Counted from the first letter of the stretch, positions 40,716 to 49,015 are shown. The stretch: 64,000 nt of DNA from Candidatus Bathyarchaeota archaeon (GCA_963828195.1 CAWHDT010000003.1:256001-320000), one strand, 5' to 3'. Numbers and translations are program-made. The notes: a model not told the origin generated them from the letters alone.

Positions 40716-41195
40716 CTATACTGCCGCTTTTGGGGTTTTTGGTTTTCTTGGTCGCCATGTTAAAGCACTATAGATCGTAAACGCTAAGAGAGCCACAAAC
40801 ACTGCTGCTTTGATGGCTGTGAAGTCTACGATGGCTGAGTAAAGGGCGAATGCTGCGGGGAATCCTCCGATGTATACTGAGAAAAATATTGCTGTGGGCA
40901 GTTTGTAGTTGTATTTGTAGTCTTTGAATATGCGTCTGCCAAAGTACAAGGCTGCCAAGCGCCCCATGCCATGAGTGCATTTTATGCAATTGTAGCATGG
41001 ACGTAGGCAACCCAGAATGTGAAGTACACCATAAACCAAGATAAGGGTTAGAATAAAAAACACAATACCTGCTACCAAATCATATAGCAGAAAAGCCACT
41101 GAATCAAGAACAATCCACAGGAAAAGCGCTAGGTTACCAAAGAGAACCAGATTTTCTGGGAAGAAAATTGGTCAACCGTTTTTTGGTTCCGTCAT
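40716..41195 (-). CDS. Cys-motif membrane protein (about 4 TM) with in-frame TGA at codon 8
   Basis: GAGG SD + ATG 41195, then MTEPKNG*PIFFPENLVLFGNLALFLWIVLDS continuing in frame into track ORF 40716..41099; C-x3-CYNC-x2-C motif. Confidence 0.7.
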
Positions 41196-41214
41196 GACAG
41201 CCTCTTCGCGCGCC

Positions 41215-41631
41215 TTACTCTTCTTTGCTTTCGAATTCAACTGTTACGGGCGTCGGATTCTTGAAGATTAAGAGTACCGGGCAGTTTGCTTCGGTTCGTC
41301 TCCATGCTGCTTCCACGAGTGCTTTCCGTGCTTTTGAAACTACGTTGACCTTCATAGTTAAGTTTGATACATTAGGACCGTCAGGAGCTTTGTCTGCTTC
41401 AACTGTTATCTCCACTTTGCTTGGTTGGATGTTACTCTTTTTGCAAACATCGGCGAAAATTGTGACTCCGCAATCTGCCAGAGCCATCATGCTGAGCTCA
41501 AGTGCTGATGGACCACTATCCGTTCCGCCGGCAGCAGTTCCCATATCGCAGACTACGCTGTGGGTTCGTTGGTTGTCCACTATTGTGCGAACATTTTCAA
41601 CCCAAGTCGCTTTAGCTTTGATTTTTGCCAT
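41215..41631 (-). CDS. OsmC/Ohr-family protein
   Basis: GGTDSGPSALEL..ALADC and NCPV; GAGGTGA SD. Confidence 0.9.
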   Translation of the reverse strand: MAKIKAKATWVENVRTIVDNQRTHSVVCDMGTAAGGTDSGPSALELSMMALADCGVTIFADVCKKSNIQPSKVEITVEADKAPDGPNVSNLTMKVNVVSKARKALVEAAWRRTEANCPVLLIFKNPTPVTVEFESKEE

Positions 41632-41651
41632 TTGTTTCACCTCTTGTTTGG

Positions 41652-42038
41652 TTAATGCGAATGTTCATGGTGGTGCGCGTGTTCGCATCCACTGGCGAGT
41701 TCGGTAAGTTTGCCTGCTTTAAAGGAATCAATCGTTGCCTTGACCGTAGCGTCCTGTGCCTTGAGTACTGTTACCCCTGCATTTTGGAAGCTTTGTAATG
41801 CTCCTGGGCCCATTGCAAAGGCAACGATAACATCAGGCTTCAATGAAAGAATTGTTTCATGCGGGTGACCAGCTCCTCCGACATGTTCTCCTGTATTAGG
41901 CTCAGTTTTGACCGTTTGAATTTGACCCTTTTCGTCAATATCCACGATTGCAAAGTAGGGTGCTCTTCCGAAATGTTGCGCTACCGCAGCATTCAAATCT
42001 GCCTCATCTTCTACAGGTACAACCAATCTTTTCGTCAT
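41652..42038 (-). CDS. NifB/NifX-family (IssA-like) metal-cluster binding protein with His-rich tail
   Basis: HFGRAPYF, MGPGA motifs; ends CEHAHHHEHSH. Confidence 0.9.
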   Translation of the reverse strand: MTKRLVVPVEDEADLNAAVAQHFGRAPYFAIVDIDEKGQIQTVKTEPNTGEHVGGAGHPHETILSLKPDVIVAFAMGPGALQSFQNAGVTVLKAQDATVKATIDSFKAGKLTELASGCEHAHHHEHSH

Positions 42039-42069
42039 TTTTTTCAACCTTAATCAATTATCTGATAGA

Positions 42070-42115
42070 GTTTAATAGATAAATAATATTAATAACTATC
42101 GTTTATAAAATAAAC
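42070..42115. promoter_or_regulatory. Two putative Lrp/FFRP binding sites 31 bp apart
   Basis: GTTTA-ATAGA-TAAAT (42070-84) and GTTTA-TAAAA-TAAAC (42101-15) in the divergent intergenic region. Confidence 0.4.
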
Positions 42116-42130
42116 TCGGTTGAGAGCACT

Positions 42131-42700
42131 ATGGATGACGTTGATAGGAAAATAATGGCAAAACTGCAGGTGGACGGAAGAGCACCATTAAACGAAATTT
42201 CAAAAGACATTGGTTATACAAGCATGGGGACAAAGAAAAGATTGGAAAAAATGCTTAAAAAGGGAACAATCAAGGTATCTGCCCTTCTAAACCCAGATGC
42301 ACTTGGCTTGCATCCAGCCATAGTGATGCTTGAAATGGACAGTGCAGAAGCTATGCAGAACTTGCTCGATCGCTTCAAAGATTGCCCGCGTGTGGTTCAA
42401 ATCTTCAAAACCGTAGGTGGATTCAACCTCATAGCCTTAGTTTATGCAGAAAATAATGAAACGCTTGAAAGCATATCGATGGAAAAATGCTCAATGCGGA
42501 GCGCCCCTGGAATCCGCAGATCAGAGTTCTACCCCATTAGCGATACTTTCTTCTCACCTTACTTGCAGATTAGAGAAACGTTGGCACACAAAGGAACAAC
42601 GGTTGCTCCGTGCAGTGTTAATTGTGATCCTTGTGTGCGATACAAAGCTGGAAAATGCGTCGGTTGCCCAGCAACTAACAAATACAAAGGAACAGTGTAA
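42131..42700 (+). CDS. Lrp/AsnC-family regulator with C-terminal Cys cluster
   Basis: MDDVDRKIMAKLQVDGRAP HTH; RAM domain (TVGGFNL); PCSVNCDPC...KCVGCP tail. Confidence 0.9.
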   Translation: MDDVDRKIMAKLQVDGRAPLNEISKDIGYTSMGTKKRLEKMLKKGTIKVSALLNPDALGLHPAIVMLEMDSAEAMQNLLDRFKDCPRVVQIFKTVGGFNLIALVYAENNETLESISMEKCSMRSAPGIRRSEFYPISDTFFSPYLQIRETLAHKGTTVAPCSVNCDPCVRYKAGKCVGCPATNKYKGTV

Positions 42701-42840
42701 ACAGGAATATTGAAAAGCAAACTATGCCTAACAGACCTTGTTTATTTCTTAGTAAACCCTTCAAACCAATCTTGATGGATTTCGCATAAGCAATTGAGAG
42801 TAAGTCAATGCAAAATCATAACGAACGCGCCAGGTTCACC

Positions 42841-42877
42841 GCCGTCTGCATGGCTCAACGTTGAAAGTTGCAAGGTG
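42841..42877 (+). repeat. Copy 1 of a 37-38 bp imperfect-palindrome direct repeat
   Basis: GCCGTCTGCATGGCT-CAACGTTGAAAGTTGCAAGGTG; 34/38 identical to 45762-45799. Confidence 0.8.
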
Positions 42878-42914
42878 AGATCTGAAGATAACATAGATCG
42901 AGAATTAATGTTAT

Positions 42915-44147
42915 TTAAGCGTTGTTTATTGCTACAGGGTTCTTTGGGTTCATTTTCCATTGCCTCATATTTAGTACCGAGCCGACTGCTGTCACTATGT
43001 TAGTAAGAATTATTACGTAGGTTACAATGTTCAGGAAGGTGTTTGCATGTGGCAACTGTAGACCTACAGCGAGAACAGCAAGTGTGGCAGGCGTCAGACC
43101 CATAGCACATGTGAGCAAAATCTGGCTTCTTTCTTTGTTCAGTTCAGATTTGAAAGTTGAGATTTTCACGGCTACAAACCGAGTTGCAAGAAGCATCACA
43201 AGAATCAGAAGACCTATTGACAAGTTGCTGACGATTAGAGATGGAGTAATCACGAAAATCAAGCCTAGAAAAAAAGCGAACATAGCGTTGAGCAGAAATG
43301 AAATCTCTTCTTGAAAGCTTTTAAGTTGTTTCTCGAGAAAATCCATGCTTATCTGTCTTCTGAAAAATTTGCTAACGAGATGATAGTTGCCAAGAATTAT
43401 GCCGAAGACGAGTACGGCAAGAATGCCATTGCCACCAAGCACAGTGGTCAAGGAGTATGTAATCAGCACAAAACCTAAGGTCAAAACGTAAGTGAACCTT
43501 TGCGTCTGAAAACGATATAACACGAAAACCCATGCTAAACTCAGAATAACCCCCAGCACTATTCCAATGGAAAACTGAGCGGTAATATTGGAAGCGATGG
43601 AAAGCCAACCGGTTCCGCCGTTAGTGTAGATGCCAACGAAAGCAAAGAAAAACACGACAGAAAAAATGGAGTTCATCGCAGATTCTAGCGTAAGAAATGT
43701 TACAGTTCCATCTGAAAGCCTCATCATTCTAGACAGAGGCACAACTACTGCAGCCGTGGTTTCTCCCCCTATAATGGACGCAAATATGAATGATGACAGT
43801 ACGTTCCATTTCAAGATGAAAATTCCAATAAGCCCAAGAAACACCATGCTCGAACTCACGTAGATTATTGTCTGAATGAAAGCTCGACCGCCGTTTGCAA
43901 GAACTGAGCCAAAATTTAAGTCCAATCCTCCATAAAAGAGAACCATAAGCAAGGTTAATTCTGCGAAAATAGCTAGAACAGGAATTAGCAACTGGCTTGA
44001 GAAGACGTTTAGAACGGGTCCAAGAATGATACCTGCAAGTATGAGAAAAATGAAAAGGGGTATTCCGGTTTTCTTGAAAAATAATTGTCCTACAAAACCA
44101 ATAACAATGATTCCGGCAACCAAGGTAAAAACAGCGGATGCTTCCAT
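42915..44147 (-). CDS. Cation:proton antiporter (CPA/NhaP-like), paralogue 2
   Basis: About 13 TM; GIILGP, VLFYGGL, LESAMNS, GNGILAVLVFG, EEISF, FFLGL, ATRF, GLTPATLA. Confidence 0.88.
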   Translation of the reverse strand: MEASAVFTLVAGIIVIGFVGQLFFKKTGIPLFIFLILAGIILGPVLNVFSSQLLIPVLAIFAELTLLMVLFYGGLDLNFGSVLANGGRAFIQTIIYVSSSMVFLGLIGIFILKWNVLSSFIFASIIGGETTAAVVVPLSRMMRLSDGTVTFLTLESAMNSIFSVVFFFAFVGIYTNGGTGWLSIASNITAQFSIGIVLGVILSLAWVFVLYRFQTQRFTYVLTLGFVLITYSLTTVLGGNGILAVLVFGIILGNYHLVSKFFRRQISMDFLEKQLKSFQEEISFLLNAMFAFFLGLIFVITPSLIVSNLSIGLLILVMLLATRFVAVKISTFKSELNKERSQILLTCAMGLTPATLAVLAVGLQLPHANTFLNIVTYVIILTNIVTAVGSVLNMRQWKMNPKNPVAINNA

Positions 44148-44151
44148 CAGT

Positions 44152-45396
44152 TTACATCTTCTTTTTTCTTTCCCAAAAGAATAAACTGTTTACATCCAGT
44201 CCCTTCTCGATTAAAATTGCTCCCGCTGTTGTGACTATGTTGGTTAGAATGATTACGTAGGTTACGATGTTTACGAAAGTGTTTGCATGCGGCAATTGGA
44301 GGCTTACGGCGAGAATGGCGAGTGTTGCTGGGGTAAGTCCTTGAGCGCACATGAGAAGTATCTTCCTTTTCTCGTTCGCGAACTGTGAATTATAAGTTGA
44401 GGTTCGTGTAGCTACAAATCTGGTTGCAAGAAGCAACAAAAGAATCACGATGGCAATTGATAAGTTAGTTGGAATACGTGACGGGGTAATTGCGAAAGTC
44501 AAACCTAAAGAGACGAATAAAAGAGTTGTGAGTAGAAATGAAATTTCCTGTTGAAAGGCTCCAAGCTGACTTTGAAGGGAATCCAGGTTCATTTGTGTTC
44601 TGAAAAGTTTATTCACGAGGTAATAGTTTCCAAAGACGATGCCGAAGACAAGCACAGCCAGTATGCCGTTGCCCCCAAGCTCGGTTGTCAAGGAGTATGT
44701 GATTAGGATTAGCCCTAAAGTCAGGACGTAGGTGAATTTTTGTTTTTGAAGACGGTAAAGTGTATAGATCCATGCCAGACTCAAGATGGCGCCTAGCACT
44801 ATTCCAACGGAAAATTGTGATGCGACACTAGAAAAGGCTGCGAACAAATTAATTCCCGGGGTAGTGTAGACTCCGACGAAAGCATAGAACAGGACGATGA
44901 GAAAAATAGAGTTTATTTCAGCTTCTATTGTCAGGAAAGATGATGTGGCTTCTGACATTTTCATCCATCTTGAGACTGGTAAAAGTAATGCGGCGGTGGT
45001 TTCGCCAGATACCATGGATGCGAAGATGAAGGATGGCAACACGCCCCATTTCATTACGTAAATGCCTATCGCTCCAATCAGGATAGCGCTTAACCCAACG
45101 TAAATGGCCGCTTGAACAAATGCTCTTTCGCCTCCCGCTATTATCGCAGTGGACTTCAAGCCTAATCCATTGTAAAATAGAACCATAAGAAGTGTCAGCA
45201 CTGCCAATGGTCCAAGCACCGAAATTATCGACTGTCTTGGAAAGATGTTTAGAAGTGGCCCTAGAATGATGCCTGTGATTATAAGAAATATGAAGATGGG
45301 TATGCCTGTTTTCTTGAAGAACAATTCACCTGCAAAACCGATAAAGATAATTCCTGCAACAACTGCAAAAATAACAGTGGCATCCATTTTATCCAC
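44152..45396 (-). CDS. Cation:proton antiporter (CPA/NhaP-like), paralogue 1
   Basis: Full-length paralogue of the downstream gene with the same motifs. Confidence 0.88.
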   Translation of the reverse strand: MDKMDATVIFAVVAGIIFIGFAGELFFKKTGIPIFIFLIITGIILGPLLNIFPRQSIISVLGPLAVLTLLMVLFYNGLGLKSTAIIAGGERAFVQAAIYVGLSAILIGAIGIYVMKWGVLPSFIFASMVSGETTAALLLPVSRWMKMSEATSSFLTIEAEINSIFLIVLFYAFVGVYTTPGINLFAAFSSVASQFSVGIVLGAILSLAWIYTLYRLQKQKFTYVLTLGLILITYSLTTELGGNGILAVLVFGIVFGNYYLVNKLFRTQMNLDSLQSQLGAFQQEISFLLTTLLFVSLGLTFAITPSRIPTNLSIAIVILLLLLATRFVATRTSTYNSQFANEKRKILLMCAQGLTPATLAILAVSLQLPHANTFVNIVTYVIILTNIVTTAGAILIEKGLDVNSLFFWERKKKM

Positions 45397-45761
45397 TACT
45401 TTTTAATAACTCGTTTTAAGTATTTTTGCTTTTGCTACTTGGCAAAAAAATGTTCTGCTCAGGTCGAAATATTATTAGGGCCAAATGTGGTTTGGTTCGG
45501 AAAGAGCAAAGGTCAAGTGGATTTTTTGCCCTACTTGTTGAACGTTGTTTATCATTCCGGTAACCTGCACTTGGAAGACACGGGGTTTTGCCTCAAAAGA
45601 GAAAAGAATGTAGGCTACTTGGGTACGCTGCTCATTCAGCGTCAACTAAGGGAGATGTTGCATCCGTAAACCCGTTTTTGTCCTGCCGATGAGCGGAAGA
45701 GACCAAAAAACGCCCGCGGCTGCTTTCATGCATTAGCTCCAACCCGCCCATAACCGACAGT

Positions 45762-45915
45762 GCCGTCTGCATGGCTTCAATGTTGAAAGTCGCAGGGTGC
45801 CCATCTCAAAGTCGCAACCCGCAAACGCCTCCTAGCCCCAAACAACCCAAGCACCCCAAAACGCAGAGACCCACAGCGGAAAGTCGCAACTTACGCCCGG
45901 GCGAAGTCGCAACTT
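45762..45915 (+). repeat. Copy 2 of the direct repeat followed by iterated AAGTCGCA(ACTT) motifs
   Basis: GCCGTCTGCATGGCTTCAATGTTGAAAGTCGCAGGGTG (45762-99); AAGTCGCA at 45787, 45809, 45881 and 45904. Confidence 0.75.
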
Positions 45916-45977
45916 GAAAAAACAGCAAAAAACAAAAGCTCAAATAAGCTCTATGCGAAAGAAGATGAGCGATTCAA

Positions 45978-46247
45978 ATGAAGATTCTGCTTGATGAAAT
46001 GTATGCTGGTTTGAAAGAGTATTTTGAGGCTTTAGGTTACGAGGTTCTGACGGCTCAGGAATCAGGTTTGAAGAGCGCCAAAGATCGGGACATCGTAGAG
46101 TATGCGGGCAAAAACAATTTGATTCTTGTAACACAGGACCAAAAAGCCGCGGAGCTGGCTGAACTTCTCGGGGTCAAATGCGTCTTTATTTCCAATTTAA
46201 TGATTGCAAAGTTGGTTGATGAAAAAATCAAGCAGCTGACACGTTAA
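45978..46247 (+). CDS. DUF5615/Mut7-C-like PIN-fold protein
   Basis: MKILLDEM...LGYEV...DRDIVEYA...ILVTQD. Confidence 0.85.
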   Translation: MKILLDEMYAGLKEYFEALGYEVLTAQESGLKSAKDRDIVEYAGKNNLILVTQDQKAAELAELLGVKCVFISNLMIAKLVDEKIKQLTR

Positions 46248-46786
46248 ATCCAGATGTGCCTTAGGTACTTATTCCACAGATAAGCTGATGCGTAACCCGC
46301 CACAATGCCCGTTGCTGGTCCCATGAACAATACAAGCGCATCAAGCATGGGGCTTCTTTGAATAAATAAGCCGGCGCCTGCACCTGCAAACTGGGGAACC
46401 ATCGAGAACGCAGAGTAACTAATTACTCCAATCAACATCGTGCTTATAGCCATCGCAACAATCAATCTGTTGCGGTTTACTCCTTCACGCGTACCCTTTA
46501 CTCTAAAAATAAACAAAAACGCATCCACTAAAACCCCGAAGAGAAAAGTGAAGAGAAAAGTAAAGGGACCCAAAGCTGGGCTTCCCAGCGCCGTCAGTAA
46601 CCCTCCAACCGCGCCTACGTAGGTGGCGCCGAATTTTTTGATGAAGAGGCTGCTTATGGAAAGAAGAACAGCTTCAACAACGATCAGGACGTAGTTTAGG
46701 GGGGCTGGTAGAAAGACGTTGACGACAAAAATGATTGAGCCGAATAGAGCGATTAGGAATAATTGGCTTAGTCTCTGCGTTTTATG
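46244..46786 (-). CDS. Membrane protein resembling an ECF transporter S component; start codon not canonical
   Basis: Frame open about 70 codons above the track start (KTQRLSQLFLIALFG...KKFGATYVGAVGGLLT...GVLVD); 5-6 TM; no ATG/GTG/TTG between TAA 46795-93 and 46573. Confidence 0.65.
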   Translation of the reverse strand, partial: HKTQRLSQLFLIALFGSIIFVVNVFLPAPLNYVLIVVEAVLLSISSLFIKKFGATYVGAVGGLLTALGSPALGPFTFLFTFLFGVLVDAFLFIFRVKGTREGVNRNRLIVAMAISTMLIGVISYSAFSMVPQFAGAGAGLFIQRSPMLDALVLFMGPATGIVAGYASAYLWNKYLRHIWI

Positions 46787-46971
46787 CCCCCTTTATGTAG
46801 CTGTTTACGTTGCTGTCTAAAAAGTTTAATGTAAACGTTGTGGTTTTGTAAGATTTATGCGGTTTTGATGGGTGTTGATTATTTTAAACAGAAAAGAATA
46901 AATCTGCAAGATACAATAATAAATAAACAACATATATTTGACTTATAAGTGTGAAAGGGGATACAGTAAAA

Positions 46972-47724
46972 ATGAGCACTCACGCAGAAGATTTAAAACT
47001 TCGCCTAATGACCATCGAGCTGTTAAGAACAGCGAAATACAAGCGAAACATCACCTATCGGGAATTAGCTTCAAAAACCGATTTGCCAGTCACTGTGCTG
47101 AGCCGCTACGCAAAAGGGCATGTGCTGCCAAACACGACAAGAGCCAAACAGCTTTGGCGAGTTCTAAACAAGATCGTCGGTTTAGAAGCTGAGTTGCGCA
47201 GCAGAATTAAATTTGACGATGCAGGCTACTTCGATAACACTGAAATCGTAGGTGACTACAACATTTTGCAGCAAGCCGCAAACCATGCACTCGCAAATTT
47301 CGCTGGTAAACGAGTTACAAAAGTTTTGACAGCAGCTGTTGACGGCATACCCTTAGCCACTATGGTTGCCAACGCTTTAGGAGTTAATCTTATCGTTGCA
47401 AAACGCAACAAGGAAGTCGGCGTCAAAGCATTCATAGATGAAACATACATTTTAGGGCGAGATTCAGGCGTAACCGTGACGCTCTACATCCCCAAAGAAG
47501 CAATCAAAAAACGCGACAGCGTCCTCATCGTTGACGACATGATAAAGAGCGGCGAAACACAAGAAGCGCTCGTAACCCTCGTGAAGAAGTCCAAAGCTGA
47601 AGTTTCAGGCATATTCTCGCTCATCTCAGTCGGAGAAGAATGGAAAAAACGGTTAAAATCAGGCGAAGACTCCCCAGTGGAAGTTGTCACAGCCCTAAAA
47701 TCGCCCTTTGACCATTCAGCTTAA
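46972..47724 (+). CDS. HTH + phosphoribosyltransferase protein (archaeal PurR-like regulator)
   Basis: TYRELASKTDLPVTVLSRYAKGHVLP HTH; DGIPLA and VLIVDDMIKSGET PRPP-binding loop. Confidence 0.88.
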   Translation: MSTHAEDLKLRLMTIELLRTAKYKRNITYRELASKTDLPVTVLSRYAKGHVLPNTTRAKQLWRVLNKIVGLEAELRSRIKFDDAGYFDNTEIVGDYNILQQAANHALANFAGKRVTKVLTAAVDGIPLATMVANALGVNLIVAKRNKEVGVKAFIDETYILGRDSGVTVTLYIPKEAIKKRDSVLIVDDMIKSGETQEALVTLVKKSKAEVSGIFSLISVGEEWKKRLKSGEDSPVEVVTALKSPFDHSA

Positions 47725-47791
47725 ACTCAATCAAGCTTAAGCAAACATTTTTCTTTCCGTTTTTCCAATTTGCCGTTAGGAGTAAACTTAA

Positions 47792-48180
47792 ATGAAGATA
47801 GACCACATCACAATTCTCGTCAAAGACCAGGATGAAGCAGCAAAATTTTACGTTGAAAAGCTTGGATTCAAAAAACAACAAGACACTGTTTTTTGGGGAG
47901 ACATGCGCTGGATCACTGTTTCAGCTCAGAGACCAACCGGACCTCGAGTTAACCCTTGTTAAGGCAGACACGGAAGACAAGCTTAAAGCGGTGGGGAAGC
48001 AGGCGGGAGACCACGTGTTTCTAACTTTGGAGACTGACGATTGCCAAAGAGACTACCATGCGATGAAGGCGAAAGGTGTCAAGTTTTATGGGGAACCAAC
48101 AGAGCAGCTACGGTGTAGAAGTTGTTTTTGAAGATCTCTACGGTAACCTAATTGACCTGATTCAACGAAGCAAACATTGA
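47792..48180 (+). pseudogene. VOC/glyoxalase-bleomycin resistance family gene with two frameshifts
   Basis: AGGAG + MKIDHITILVKDQDEAAKFYVEKLGF...RWITVS, shift near 47930 to DQPDLELTL...GVKFYGEPTEQ, shift near 48108 to YGVEVVFEDLYGNLIDLIQ. Confidence 0.85.
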
Positions 48181-48193
48181 TTTTTATTATTTT

Positions 48194-48445
48194 TTATATT
48201 TTTGGGAAGACTCGCGCGGGATAATATATTCTGAATATTGCTCCACTACTATGATTGGTATTATGTAGATGACCCATTAGAGTAGTGCCGTAAGTATTGC
48301 TTGAAGCCAACCTGTTTGGAAAATAGCTTTGAAAACCTTGATGAAAGCTATTAGCGCTAGTATGTAGCCATACTGCATTGAGAAAGAACCCCACCGGAAA
48401 CGAAACTGTGAAATAAACGTTTGGCCTAGCCAAAGTTGCAATCAG
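48194..48445 (-). pseudogene. Degraded remnant of a small membrane-protein gene
   Basis: Hydrophobic fragments across frames: IATLARPNVYFTVSF.VGFFL / GYILALIAFIKVFKAIFQTGWLQAILTALL*WVIYII / GAIFRIYYP..FPKI*. Confidence 0.4.
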
Positions 48446-48556
48446 TACATTTCAAAAAGTCCCTCAATTAATTTTGCTAAAGGTTTAAAGTTTCCTAATC
48501 AACAATTTAGAAAACGTTTAATTAATTCATTTGATAAAGATTGATTAGTGTTTTTT

Positions 48557-48787
48557 ATGGTTAAATATAAAGTTGAAGTTGATTTGAAAACGTGTGTTTC
48601 AACTGCGGCATGTTACGCGACTGATAGAATGCATTTTAAAGCGGGTAAAAATCAGCAGTCCAACGTGGTTGGCGGTCAAACAGATGAAACAAAATCCACC
48701 AATGTATTCGACGATGATAAAATAGGTGATGCTCAAGACGCGGCTAAAGCATGCCCAGTATCCGCCATAACTGTAACACAACAATGA
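48557..48787 (+). CDS. Monocluster ferredoxin, probably [3Fe-4S]
   Basis: VDLKTCVSTAAC...AAKACPVSAITV; second Cys of CxxCxxC is Thr. Confidence 0.85.
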   Translation: MVKYKVEVDLKTCVSTAACYATDRMHFKAGKNQQSNVVGGQTDETKSTNVFDDDKIGDAQDAAKACPVSAITVTQQ

Positions 48788-48850
48788 GCTGCTGATTTCA
48801 TTTAGGTTGAGGCTTTGAAGCTAATCTGTAAAGTAATTTCGCTTTTAATT

Positions 48851-49015
48851 TCAGCTTGGGTTTTTCCGCCAAGTTGAGTAACAAATGGCTGTTATTTGTT
48901 CATTGGAGCGCTTCTCTGCTTCAGATTTGCTGTTGTTTTCTTCATGCATGAATTTTTCGCATCTGGAAATAAAATCTCTTTCAGATTCATTTGCTTTAGG
49001 TTTTGGTGCTGGCAT
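48851..49015 (-). CDS. 54-aa two-Cys small protein (MPAPKPKANESERDFISRCEKFMHEENNSKSEAEKRSNEQITAICYSTWRKNPS)
   Basis: Hand-translated, below the track cut-off; GTGA SD 6 nt upstream; recognisable MPxPxP-E-FISRC / Q-AICYSxW pattern. Confidence 0.75.
   Translation of the reverse strand: MPAPKPKANESERDFISRCEKFMHEENNSKSEAEKRSNEQITAICYSTWRKNPS

Noticed and set aside
45439-45669. 76-aa plus-strand ORF (and a 56-aa minus-strand ORF) upstream of the antiporters
   Set aside because: No recognisable motif or SD on either strand; cannot choose between them
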